From Candidatus Omnitrophota bacterium (lineage in GTDB: Bacteria > Omnitrophota > Gorgyraeia > JABMRN01 > RBG-13-46-9), in assembly GCA_016782425.1 (NCBI GenBank), contig JADHYN010000001.1, positions 67,100 through 131,099 on the forward strand: a DNA stretch of 64,000 nt, written 5' to 3'. Below the pieces are notes generated by a model. It was not told the origin of the DNA and made no database searches. It saw only the letters and a program-made list of their open reading frames with translations. Shown here piece after piece: positions 43,182-51,326 of this stretch. How positions within the stretch are numbered: the first letter of the stretch is position 1; every line of letters starts with the position of its first letter. A program made the translations under genes and the position numbers.

Positions 43182-46100
43182 TTACATTAATGGATCCATC
43201 GTAACAGCAGGATGCCCTTTTTCTGTTAAAAATTTTACGAGCGCTTCTGATTCAGTCGCGTTCTCTTCTGTAGCGATTTTATCAAATAAATCCGCTGCGC
43301 CGTCTTCCTCGCAACGCTTTTTAAGTTTGCCGACAAGCGCTTCTTTAAGTTCTTTCGGCATCCACACCAGACGTTTCAGGCCTCCGTCCGCAATCAGGAA
43401 TTTTTTACTTACTATGTAAAGCCTTCCCACACCCATGAACCCAGGTGTCTGGTTTCCGCCGCCAACAGAGCCCGCAAGCGTTGAAAACTTCATTCCTGCC
43501 GGCGTAAATCCGGCGTACTCGCGGTTTACCACCATAAATCCGTTTGCCTCCGGTAATATCGCTATGATACATTCAAAACACCCGCAAGCTGTGTCTGGAA
43601 ATGTCATAATTGAATACGCGTGGAACCTTTCAATAGCTTTATTTGACTTTTGATAAATAAATTCATTTACACCTTTCCATTCACCTTTTACGGGATCGAT
43701 AATCTCACCTTTTTTAACCGGCTGGTTTGGGCCTGTTGGACTAAGTTCATAACAAGCTTTCGCATCAATGTAACTATAGGCGCCGCACAAGCCTATTCTT
43801 TCTGGCTTAACTATACATACATGATTTGGCGCAAATGATTGGCAGTTTTTGACTACAATCCCATTTACTAAATAATTATGCGGACCAGGTACGCTAAAAT
43901 TGTAAACTGCCTTTTGGTTATATTCAATGCTTTCTATCTTCTTTACCTTAACAAAATTAATTTTGGAATAACACCAAGCATAGAGTTCTTTAAATAAGCT
44001 GTTTCCGGTATTGATGTTGGGCTTTAATTCATCCAAAAGTGCTGCTAGTTTTTCTTTCGAAATACGATATTTAAATTCTATCCAGTCGTTTATTATTCCG
44101 CGATCAACTGCGGAAAGGTGTGACTTGATAATCTTAAGTGAGCTAAATAATTTATCAACTATACGACTGCAAAGCCAAGGAACCGTATCCGTCCTTATAG
44201 TGTGGTATTTGTCTTGGTTAAATTTCAGGGTTTCCATTCGCGCTTTTTTACCGGAATGCTTAGATGAGACAGCCGTTGTAAACTTCTCATATTCAACTCT
44301 GTTTTGTACACAAACTTGGTAACAACCCGTGGCTTTTCTAATTGTGGTATGTATGCCCAATTTTTTAAATAAGAAATAAACATGCTGCGCTTCTTTGTAC
44401 CCTTTTGTAGAAATGGCAACTCCTGACTGTGTAACATGTCCGTCACCATCGAATAGCCCTTTAAGAAAAGAGCCGATAAATGTTGAAGGAAAGCGAGAAA
44501 TAACGCTCCCTTGCCATTTCATACTTCTGTTTGCCGGCCTAATTCCTAAATTAACTATGATGCTTGCTATAACAGGAGCATAAAGTTCGACCGTCCATGT
44601 CTTCTTGTGATGTTCAGCATATCTTGGCTTTGTTCTAACCCTACATTTATCAGCAAAATATCGTTCTGCAATGTTGCAAAATTCTTTAATTAGAGAATAC
44701 TCGGAATTTGTAAAAGTAATTCTAAGGGGTATTCCATCTTTAGATCTACTGTCATAACGAATTGTCCCGTCAGCAGCTATAAGACCTGCTATATACATAA
44801 AATCTTCTTTAAGAATTGTCTTTTTGAGAGACTGACCACGACTATTACCAAGTCTTGAAATCTTATGTTTAGCTGCATCCCAATCTAAGCTGATGTTTTC
44901 AAGAATCGCTTTTATTTCACTTATTTTGAGACGATTTGGTCCATTTATTCTACGTTTTTGTAAACCGCGATAGAACCTGTGATATTTAATACCTATCTGC
45001 TTTGCCGCTTTTTGAAGAGAGTTATATTTTGACAAAACTCGATCCCTTAACCACCCTATGAAATCCTCATCATAAACTTTAAGCGCATCCAAAACGAAAT
45101 CTATTAAATAGAATTCGTTTTTGGTTTTGTTTTCTACTGCATGAAGTAAAGTTTGTTTTGGAGAAAGCACATAGTCTACGTTTGTTATGTCACCTGCCTC
45201 AATCCAATCCAAACCCTGTTTAGTATCAACAAGAATGCGATGATTCTTGGTTAAAGTTATTGAATTTCCATCTCTTAAGGTAATTTTTATAAGTTTTTTT
45301 GGGGCAGGGTGTGCAAATAATTCTCCTATTGCTTTCTTTTTAATGCCCTGATTCTCGAAAGATAATACCTCTACATCATGTTTATCTGCTACAGTTTCTA
45401 TCACTCTTTCTATGGTATCAAAGGATCCATCCTTGAGAGTTATTAATTCTCCCTGCGGTACGCACAAAGTACACGAATAAAACGTATCCACGCTTTCGTC
45501 AGTCATGCCTTCAATGCGCGCATCACGCTCCTCGTAGGACTTAACCGCTTCAGGCATGATGCGCTCCACATCTTCTTTTTTCGTGTAAATAGTTATTTGC
45601 GCTTTATCCACTATTTTTCCGTACGTGTCATGGAAACGCGCGTGGAGTATCGTGCCAAAGTGTTTTAATTTAAAGCCCTTTTTCACAGCCTCCTTTGAAA
45701 TTCGTATCCAGCACATATTGCGTTGGCCCATATGGAATACGCCCATTGCCTCATTTAAAAATGAGTGGGCCTGTCTTTCCAGTATAGGTTCGAAATCAGG
45801 CTGCATTTTTCTTCCCGCGACTTCCATTAGAATGCCCAGGGGATAAGCCTCGCCCTCTTTCATATCGTCTATTTCCGGGCCTACTACCTCTATTTTGCCA
45901 TCTTCTACTTCGTCCAACGATTTTGACCGGGTAAATTCAAAAGCCGACGAGAATTTTCCCCCGAACTGGACATACATGTTCTGCCTTCTCACTCTCTCCC
46001 CTTCAAACGCGGCGCTGTAAGCGACGGGAACAGGGATTTTAGAAAGCTTTACCTTCACGCCCCGCACTTCTATCGAGCGCTGTACTATTTTCTTATAGTC

Positions 46101-46979
46101 AAACTCTTTTACGAGGTGCTCATAAGTACAGATGCCAGTGGGCTTTATTTCCGGTATATCCGTATCAGCTATGATAGGAAACCCCATATTTATAGCACCG
46201 GCGCCTGTTGCGTATTTAATATCGTCGAGCGGCCCGAGCGTTAAACCAAAAGCAAATACTCTTTCCTTGCAATATAAAAGGCAGTCTTTGGCGTTGCCAG
46301 CTTTTATGCCGCCGAACGTAAGCGCCCCGCGTATTGCCCAGTGCAAAGGATAAATCCCTGAAATCGTATCTCTTCCGTAAGGAACTATGTAGGTATCCCA
46401 GCCCATTTCCACTTTTTCTTCTATTAGCTGGTCTATTATGCTTTTTCCGTTAGATGATGACCCGACAAAAGTCATGATGTTGCGCTTTTGAAATTCACGC
46501 ACTATCTCAACGGCTGTTTTATTATCAGGCGCGGCTCCGAGAATCGCGGCAAAGCCCGGCATCCTCCCGTCGACAAGCTGTATGCCAAGTGTTCTTAATA
46601 TAGTATCGCTAAAAAAGCCGTTGCAGTCTTTTTGCGGCTCCTGATTGTAGAGATACCGCAGCACGCATATAATTTCCTCGGCTAAAAGAGCGGCAATCCC
46701 GGAATCAAGAGCGTCCCCGAGATACGGAAGCCACAAGTCTTTTGTCGGTTCATCGTGTATGAGGGATTTCGCTTCTTTTAATACCGGCAAAACTTCGTTT
46801 AAGGTTTTTACCTCTGCCCCGAGAAGCGCATTCGCCATGGGAAGGTAAAAAGCGGTTTCCGGGAATTCTATTTTTTGGTCTTTTCCTTTTTCCTCGAGCG
46901 CTTTATTTAAAAACTCTTCGGCCTGTTTTACAAGTTCCCGAGCGCCGCGTATGGCCGCTCCAGCCACTATCTTCGACAT
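43182..46979 (-). CDS. acsB: Acetyl-CoA synthase catalytic subunit AcsB, interrupted by an intein
   Basis: The flanks (505 + 220 aa) are colinear AcsB and carry CTL/C-QSFAPNHVC and ACGCFEC A-cluster motifs. The whole 1265-aa ORF is in one frame. Confidence 0.9.
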   Translation of the reverse strand: MSKIVAGAAIRGARELVKQAEEFLNKALEEKGKDQKIEFPETAFYLPMANALLGAEVKTLNEVLPVLKEAKSLIHDEPTKDLWLPYLGDALDSGIAALLAEEIICVLRYLYNQEPQKDCNGFFSDTILRTLGIQLVDGRMPGFAAILGAAPDNKTAVEIVREFQKRNIMTFVGSSSNGKSIIDQLIEEKVEMGWDTYIVPYGRDTISGIYPLHWAIRGALTFGGIKAGNAKDCLLYCKERVFAFGLTLGPLDDIKYATGAGAINMGFPIIADTDIPEIKPTGICTYEHLVKEFDYKKIVQRSIEVRGVKVKLSKIPVPVAYSAAFEGERVRRQNMYVQFGGKFSSAFEFTRSKSLDEVEDGKIEVVGPEIDDMKEGEAYPLGILMEVAGRKMQPDFEPILERQAHSFLNEAMGVFHMGQRNMCWIRISKEAVKKGFKLKHFGTILHARFHDTYGKIVDKAQITIYTKKEDVERIMPEAVKSYEERDARIEGMTDESVDTFYSCTLCVPQGELITLKDGSFDTIERVIETVADKHDVEVLSFENQGIKKKAIGELFAHPAPKKLIKITLRDGNSITLTKNHRILVDTKQGLDWIEAGDITNVDYVLSPKQTLLHAVENKTKNEFYLIDFVLDALKVYDEDFIGWLRDRVLSKYNSLQKAAKQIGIKYHRFYRGLQKRRINGPNRLKISEIKAILENISLDWDAAKHKISRLGNSRGQSLKKTILKEDFMYIAGLIAADGTIRYDSRSKDGIPLRITFTNSEYSLIKEFCNIAERYFADKCRVRTKPRYAEHHKKTWTVELYAPVIASIIVNLGIRPANRSMKWQGSVISRFPSTFIGSFLKGLFDGDGHVTQSGVAISTKGYKEAQHVYFLFKKLGIHTTIRKATGCYQVCVQNRVEYEKFTTAVSSKHSGKKARMETLKFNQDKYHTIRTDTVPWLCSRIVDKLFSSLKIIKSHLSAVDRGIINDWIEFKYRISKEKLAALLDELKPNINTGNSLFKELYAWCYSKINFVKVKKIESIEYNQKAVYNFSVPGPHNYLVNGIVVKNCQSFAPNHVCIVKPERIGLCGAYSYIDAKACYELSPTGPNQPVKKGEIIDPVKGEWKGVNEFIYQKSNKAIERFHAYSIMTFPDTACGCFECIIAILPEANGFMVVNREYAGFTPAGMKFSTLAGSVGGGNQTPGFMGVGRLYIVSKKFLIADGGLKRLVWMPKELKEALVGKLKKRCEEDGAADLFDKIATEENATESEALVKFLTEKGHPAVTMDPLM
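43845..45464 (-). mobile_element. 540-aa intein with a LAGLIDADG homing-endonuclease domain inside acsB
   Basis: It begins at Cys506 (CVPQGELITL) and ends ..NGIVVKN, followed by the +1 Cys (CQSFAPNHVC). LAGLIDADG-type motifs are YIAGLIAADGTI and FLKGLFDGDGHV. Confidence 0.85.
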
Positions 46980-47002
46980 ATGAATATTCTCCTTTTGCTT
47001 CC

Positions 47003-47044
47003 AGCTTAAAGCTTACAACTTAAAGCTTACAGCTTATAGCTTAT
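47003..47044. repeat. 6 x 7-nt array (AGCTTAN) between the FAD oxidoreductase gene and acsB
   Basis: Units are agcttaa agcttac aacttaa agcttac agcttat agcttat. The array supplies the last codons and the TAA stop of the upstream gene. Confidence 0.8.
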
Positions 47045-48316
47045 TACGGTATCTCTAAATTCTTCTTCGCTAAACTTATCTTTGAACTTTCGTACCAGCG
47101 GTAACATTTTGGCATAATTAAAACTATCCTCGTACAGCATATCCTTTATACTCGATACGTCTATTTTCCTTTTTATTAAAACGCTTATTACGCCCGCCGC
47201 AGATATATCCCCCACAAGCACCATTCCGACGATTATATTATTTTTAAGAATAAATTTTTTGTAATTTTCGCCTCTTGTTGCATTTATAATTTCAGAACCC
47301 CCTTCTTTCGGCTTTGTAATGCCCATCGAAATCGAGGCAAGGCCGAAGAAATCCACCGAGTTCATCGAGAGCGAGCCTTCATAAATTTGTTTTTTGCCCA
47401 GCATATTGAAAGCGGCTACTCTTCCCTGCGCTACGGCGCATGGCCATAGCGCGTTCACGCGCGGCGTGCCTCTGGCTATGTCGCGCGTTTCTGCTACATC
47501 TCCCGCGGCAAAAATATTTTCATCAGAAGTCTCGAGGTATTGGTTCACGGTTATTCCCTGATCAACTTTAAGCCCGCTTTTTTTGGCTATTTCTACGTTT
47601 GGTTCTACGCCTTTACCTATTATAACGAGCTCACATTTAATTGTTTTGCCGTTATCAAGAACAACTTCCTCTATCGCACCTTTTCCTTTTATTTCCTTTG
47701 CCGCTACACAAGTTTCTATTTTTATCCCGCTTGCCGCAAGCTTACCGGCTATTATCGTCGCGGCCTCCGGATCAACCATCTGTGATAAGACATGCTGGCT
47801 TCTTACGACTACCGTTACTTCCTTGCCCTTAACCCTTAGCGCGTACGCGTCTTTTAAGCCTATGAGGCCACCGCCTAAAACAACCACATGTTTTACTTTA
47901 TCAAGCATTTTTATTATTCGGCGTGCGTCCTCAATGTTCCGCACAGTAAAGACGCCTCTTTTGTCCGCGCCTTTTATGTCAACCGTTTTCGCCGATGCAC
48001 CCGTAGCTATGAGCAGCTTGTCGTATAGTACCTTTGTTTCATCATCAAGAAGCATTTCTTTCTTTTTTCTGTCGATAGATATGGCCTTCTTGCCGAGATA
48101 CGTTTTGATTTTGTTTGCTTTATAAAAATCCCTATCTTTAAAATAAAGTTTTTCCTCACCTATTGAACCGGCAATAAGATATGTTAAAAGGCACCTCGAG
48201 TAAAGTAGAGATTCCTCCTCTGATATAAGCGTAATATCGCACTTTTTGTCATTTTTCCGCAGCACTTCGGCTGCGTTCACTCCGGCTGCGCTACCGCCTA
48301 TGATTACATATTTCAT
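47027..48316 (-). CDS. FAD/NAD(P)-dependent pyridine nucleotide-disulfide oxidoreductase (CODH-associated)
   Basis: VIIGGSAAG and VVLGGGLIG dinucleotide motifs. I chose the start at 48316, which forms an ATGA overlap with the cooF stop. The track's longer start is Cys/Arg-rich junk. Confidence 0.8.
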   Translation of the reverse strand: MKYVIIGGSAAGVNAAEVLRKNDKKCDITLISEEESLLYSRCLLTYLIAGSIGEEKLYFKDRDFYKANKIKTYLGKKAISIDRKKKEMLLDDETKVLYDKLLIATGASAKTVDIKGADKRGVFTVRNIEDARRIIKMLDKVKHVVVLGGGLIGLKDAYALRVKGKEVTVVVRSQHVLSQMVDPEAATIIAGKLAASGIKIETCVAAKEIKGKGAIEEVVLDNGKTIKCELVIIGKGVEPNVEIAKKSGLKVDQGITVNQYLETSDENIFAAGDVAETRDIARGTPRVNALWPCAVAQGRVAAFNMLGKKQIYEGSLSMNSVDFFGLASISMGITKPKEGGSEIINATRGENYKKFILKNNIIVGMVLVGDISAAGVISVLIKRKIDVSSIKDMLYEDSFNYAKMLPLVRKFKDKFSEEEFRDTVISYKL

Positions 48317-48810
48317 TTCTCTTTCGCTTTTTTTTCTTCGATGCGTTTTCTGAATTCCTCTTCCGTTCCAGCAAATAACGCCCCTGTCGGGCACGCAACA
48401 ACGCAAGCATAATCGTCCCTATCCGGGCAGAGGTCGCATTTTACCGCAATGTGATTCTCAACATCTCTCACGATAGCACCAAAGGGGCATGCCATCACGC
48501 ACATCCAGCATCCGACGCATTTTTCCTTATCCTGTATTGTAGCCCCTGTCTTTTCGTCTTTCGAAAGAGCACCTGACATGCACGCCGTGATGCATGGCGC
48601 ATCCTGGCAGTGCTGGCAATGCAGTGAAATAATTATCTTGCCGGAAGATTCGGCCTTTACCCTCTTTTTGGGTAAAGGTTTTTCTTTTAAAGCGTTGTAA
48701 ATATTTTTTGATTTTGAATGTTCAACCGCGCAAGCCATTTCGCATGAGCGGCACCCGATGCATTTGGTTATATCGCAATATATTTTTATATTTTTTGTTT
48801 TTGTTTTCAT
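48313..48810 (-). CDS. cooF: CooF-type poly-[4Fe-4S] ferredoxin
   Basis: Four CxxCxxCxxxC-type clusters (CIGCRSCEMAC, CQHCQDAPC, CVGCWMCVMACP, CDLC..C). Confidence 0.85.
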   Translation of the reverse strand: MKTKTKNIKIYCDITKCIGCRSCEMACAVEHSKSKNIYNALKEKPLPKKRVKAESSGKIIISLHCQHCQDAPCITACMSGALSKDEKTGATIQDKEKCVGCWMCVMACPFGAIVRDVENHIAVKCDLCPDRDDYACVVACPTGALFAGTEEEFRKRIEEKKAKEK

Positions 48811-50738
48811 TTCTTTACTGTTGCTGTTTTTTCCTTATACATAACTTCGCCGAGTTTTAGCGCTTTGCGCTTTTTATCGATGTGCTTAATCATCATGTGC
48901 GCTGCTTTTATAGGGTCCGCTTCAAAAGCGAACTTACCGCCCATTGTATGTTCGATTTCATTCGTTATGTAATTTGTTACGTTTTCGCTTCCCATCACAG
49001 GTTGAGGCGTTCCGAACACGGTGTAGACACCGCTACCGACAAAATAAAAGCCTATCGAGATTGCTTTCTCGCTCATCCACTCGGGTGCAGCACCCGCTGC
49101 CGGTAGATCGCTTATATCTTCGCCAAGGCCACCTTCCGCTACGACCGCGGAAAGAATAAGAAGAATTCTCGAATTATCCACGCATGAGCCGACATGTAAA
49201 ACAGGCGGTATGCCGACCGCTTCGCAAACCTCGCGAAGGCCCACGCCGGCGTACTCATATGCGCTTTCGGGCGTCAATAGGCCCGCTTTGGCGCAGGCAA
49301 TAGCAGAGCATCCTGTCTGGACAACGAGAACATCGTTCCTTAAAAGCTCTTTCACCATTTCAACGTGCGCCCAGTCGTGTTTTATGTTCGGATTATTGCA
49401 GCCAACAACGCCGGCAGCCCCTCTCAAGCGACCTGAAATTATCGCGTCGTTTAAAGGTCTTACGGTAAAGCGATATTTTCCGCCTAATATCCTGAAGGCA
49501 TTTTCCGTTGTAAACCCGGCTACGAGGCCTTTTATCTCTTTGGGAATGTCAACTCTTTGTTGAACTCTATTTTTGTAGTTCTCAACTCCCTTTCGTATTA
49601 TGTTTTTTGCTATCTCAAGCGCTTTTTCTTCTTTGAATTCCACGTGTTCTACACCGGGAAATTTGCATTTCGGAGAAGTAGTGACAAGCTTTGTATGGAA
49701 ACAGTTAGCCACGCTAGAAAGCGCCGGCATTATGCACTGAACGTCAACCATCATCAGTTCCACAGAACCGGTAAGTATCGCGAGTTCCTGCTGCAGAAAA
49801 TTACCAGCCGAAGGCAGGCCGTGGCGCATGAGAATTTCATTTGCCGTGCAGCACATTCCGACAAGATTTATGCCTTTGGCTCCGTATTTTTTAGCAAGAG
49901 CCAGAAGCTCCGGGTCCTTAACCGCGTCTGTTACAACATCTGAAAGTGTCGGTTCGTGGCCATGAACAACGATATTAACGTGGTCTTTCTTAAGAGTGCC
50001 TAAATTTACAGTGGCGCGGATTGGTTCAGGAGAGCCGAACAAAATATCAGAAAGCTCTGTAGCTATCATCGATCCACCCCAGCCGTCGCCGAGCGCCGCG
50101 CGCATTCCGTGATTTATAACGTTTTTGTAATCGTTATCGACACCTATATGGGTGCGGTGCATGATTTCTACGATTTCTCGATCGATTCCGCGTGGAGCTA
50201 TGCCAAGCTTACGCCAGATTTCCTGTCTTTTTTTGGGCGCAAGCGAAAGAAGCCGTAGCTCACCGTGTTGCTGCCCAAATTCCGCAAGACATTTCTCTCC
50301 GAGTTCCTTGCCTATTTTTTCCGTGCTTTTTCCTTTTGTATCTATCCCGTAAACTTGAGCCGTTCTTTTAAGTTTTTCCGTGCCCTTTAGATGATAATCA
50401 TGCGCTTCGCCGTCTGCGGCCAGAAGAAGCGCATGCGCTATATCCCTTCCGTGATCCGAATGCGCCGCAGCGCCTGATGCAATCATTCTTACAAGGTTTC
50501 GCGCTACAATTGTGTCTTTTGAGGCTCCACAGATACCTGTTTGCGGGCCATCCCCGAACGGGTCTATCCTGCACGGGCCCATGTTGCAGATTTTACAGCA
50601 TATTCCGAGCTCGCCGAAACCGCACTGTGGTTGCATGGCGTCGTAACGGTCCCATACAATTTCGATGTTTTCTTTCTCGGCTTTTTGTATCATTTTTTGG
50701 CTGGCAGGGTCGTATGAGCGCTTCTCGTGTCGCTTCAT
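48807..50738 (-). CDS. cooS: Anaerobic Ni-Fe carbon monoxide dehydrogenase catalytic subunit
   Basis: N-terminal CGFGELGICCKICNMGPCRI, with internal GHEP.. and C-cluster Cys context, 643 aa. Confidence 0.92.
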   Translation of the reverse strand: MKRHEKRSYDPASQKMIQKAEKENIEIVWDRYDAMQPQCGFGELGICCKICNMGPCRIDPFGDGPQTGICGASKDTIVARNLVRMIASGAAAHSDHGRDIAHALLLAADGEAHDYHLKGTEKLKRTAQVYGIDTKGKSTEKIGKELGEKCLAEFGQQHGELRLLSLAPKKRQEIWRKLGIAPRGIDREIVEIMHRTHIGVDNDYKNVINHGMRAALGDGWGGSMIATELSDILFGSPEPIRATVNLGTLKKDHVNIVVHGHEPTLSDVVTDAVKDPELLALAKKYGAKGINLVGMCCTANEILMRHGLPSAGNFLQQELAILTGSVELMMVDVQCIMPALSSVANCFHTKLVTTSPKCKFPGVEHVEFKEEKALEIAKNIIRKGVENYKNRVQQRVDIPKEIKGLVAGFTTENAFRILGGKYRFTVRPLNDAIISGRLRGAAGVVGCNNPNIKHDWAHVEMVKELLRNDVLVVQTGCSAIACAKAGLLTPESAYEYAGVGLREVCEAVGIPPVLHVGSCVDNSRILLILSAVVAEGGLGEDISDLPAAGAAPEWMSEKAISIGFYFVGSGVYTVFGTPQPVMGSENVTNYITNEIEHTMGGKFAFEADPIKAAHMMIKHIDKKRKALKLGEVMYKEKTATVKK

Positions 50739-50811
50739 GCTATCTCCTTTTCGCTTATATAATCTTATTTTAAGATTAATGGGGGGTTATATTAATAAAT
50801 AACGCGTTTCG

Positions 50812-50841
50812 ATTTTAGCATTAAGGGGTAGGGTTAGTCAA
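50812..50841 (-). promoter_or_regulatory. Candidate promoter for the cooS-acs array
   Basis: On the minus strand, TTGACT (50836-41), an 18-nt spacer, then TAAAAT (50812-17), about 70 nt upstream of the cooS ATG. An AAGGAG RBS is present. Confidence 0.4.
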
Positions 50842-50895
50842 GGAAAAGAGGAGGAGGCTGCGTGCGGGATAGCACTTCTACGACTTGATTTAAGA

Positions 50896-51094
50896 AGAGG
50901 GTTACGGGCATTGCTTTCGCTTGACGTTTCCGCCAGAGGCGGACCCGCCTCGGGCGGGCGCTCGGGGATGCGCGCCCTTCGCTCACTCTACAAAAGTCGC
51001 TCATGCCCTACTGCGCAAAAGATTGCGCAACGAAATGGCGCGATAAGGTATTCACGACTTTTGTACGCCGCTCAAGCAACGCCCGTAACCCTCT
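50896..51094. repeat. MITE-like element, copy B, with terminal inverted repeats
   Basis: The ends AGAGGGTTACGGGCATTGCT and its inverse ..GCAACGCCCGTAACCCTCT flank a GC-rich hairpin interior. The right 70 nt match copy A in inverted orientation. Confidence 0.65.
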
Positions 51095-51326
51095 TTTATT
51101 CTAGTTATCGCCTTAAGGGCGCCCACTGTGCAGCCTTCAAAAAATGGACTATTAGGCTTCCGAGGCGCGCCTGCCGAGCGGCGAACTTTTGCGCCGAATT
51201 CGTATTGTTTACACCCTCGCCAGCAACCTTTTGGTATTCTTATAGCAATAGATGGGGTGAGCAGCGAGGTAGGCGCGGTTCGGAAGCTTATACGCACAAA
51301 ACGCAGTGTTCCGCTTTTTGCTTTAA

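Noticed and set aside
43182-46979. The 1265-aa AcsB read as a fusion with a separate endonuclease gene, or as a mis-assembly
   Set aside because: A single frame, Cys at both junctions, a terminal Asn, and exact restoration of the CxxC A-cluster motif on removal fit an intein better.
47583-48125. 180-aa plus-strand ORF
   Set aside because: It is antisense to the FAD oxidoreductase gene and is Ser/Thr/Pro-rich. It is a shadow ORF.
48317-48406. 30-aa N-terminal extension of the FAD oxidoreductase ORF (similar extensions at 15608-15655 and 7107-7175)
   Set aside because: The extensions overlap upstream genes or repeats. The internal Met starts give canonical N-termini (MKYVIIGGSAAG, MIYLLYF, MSDIIG) and typical stop-start overlaps.
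51100-51326. Possible ncRNA or terminator downstream of the giant ORF
   Set aside because: I saw only short imperfect hairpins and a REP fragment, with no convincing stem plus U-tract and no match to RNA families I can recognise by eye.
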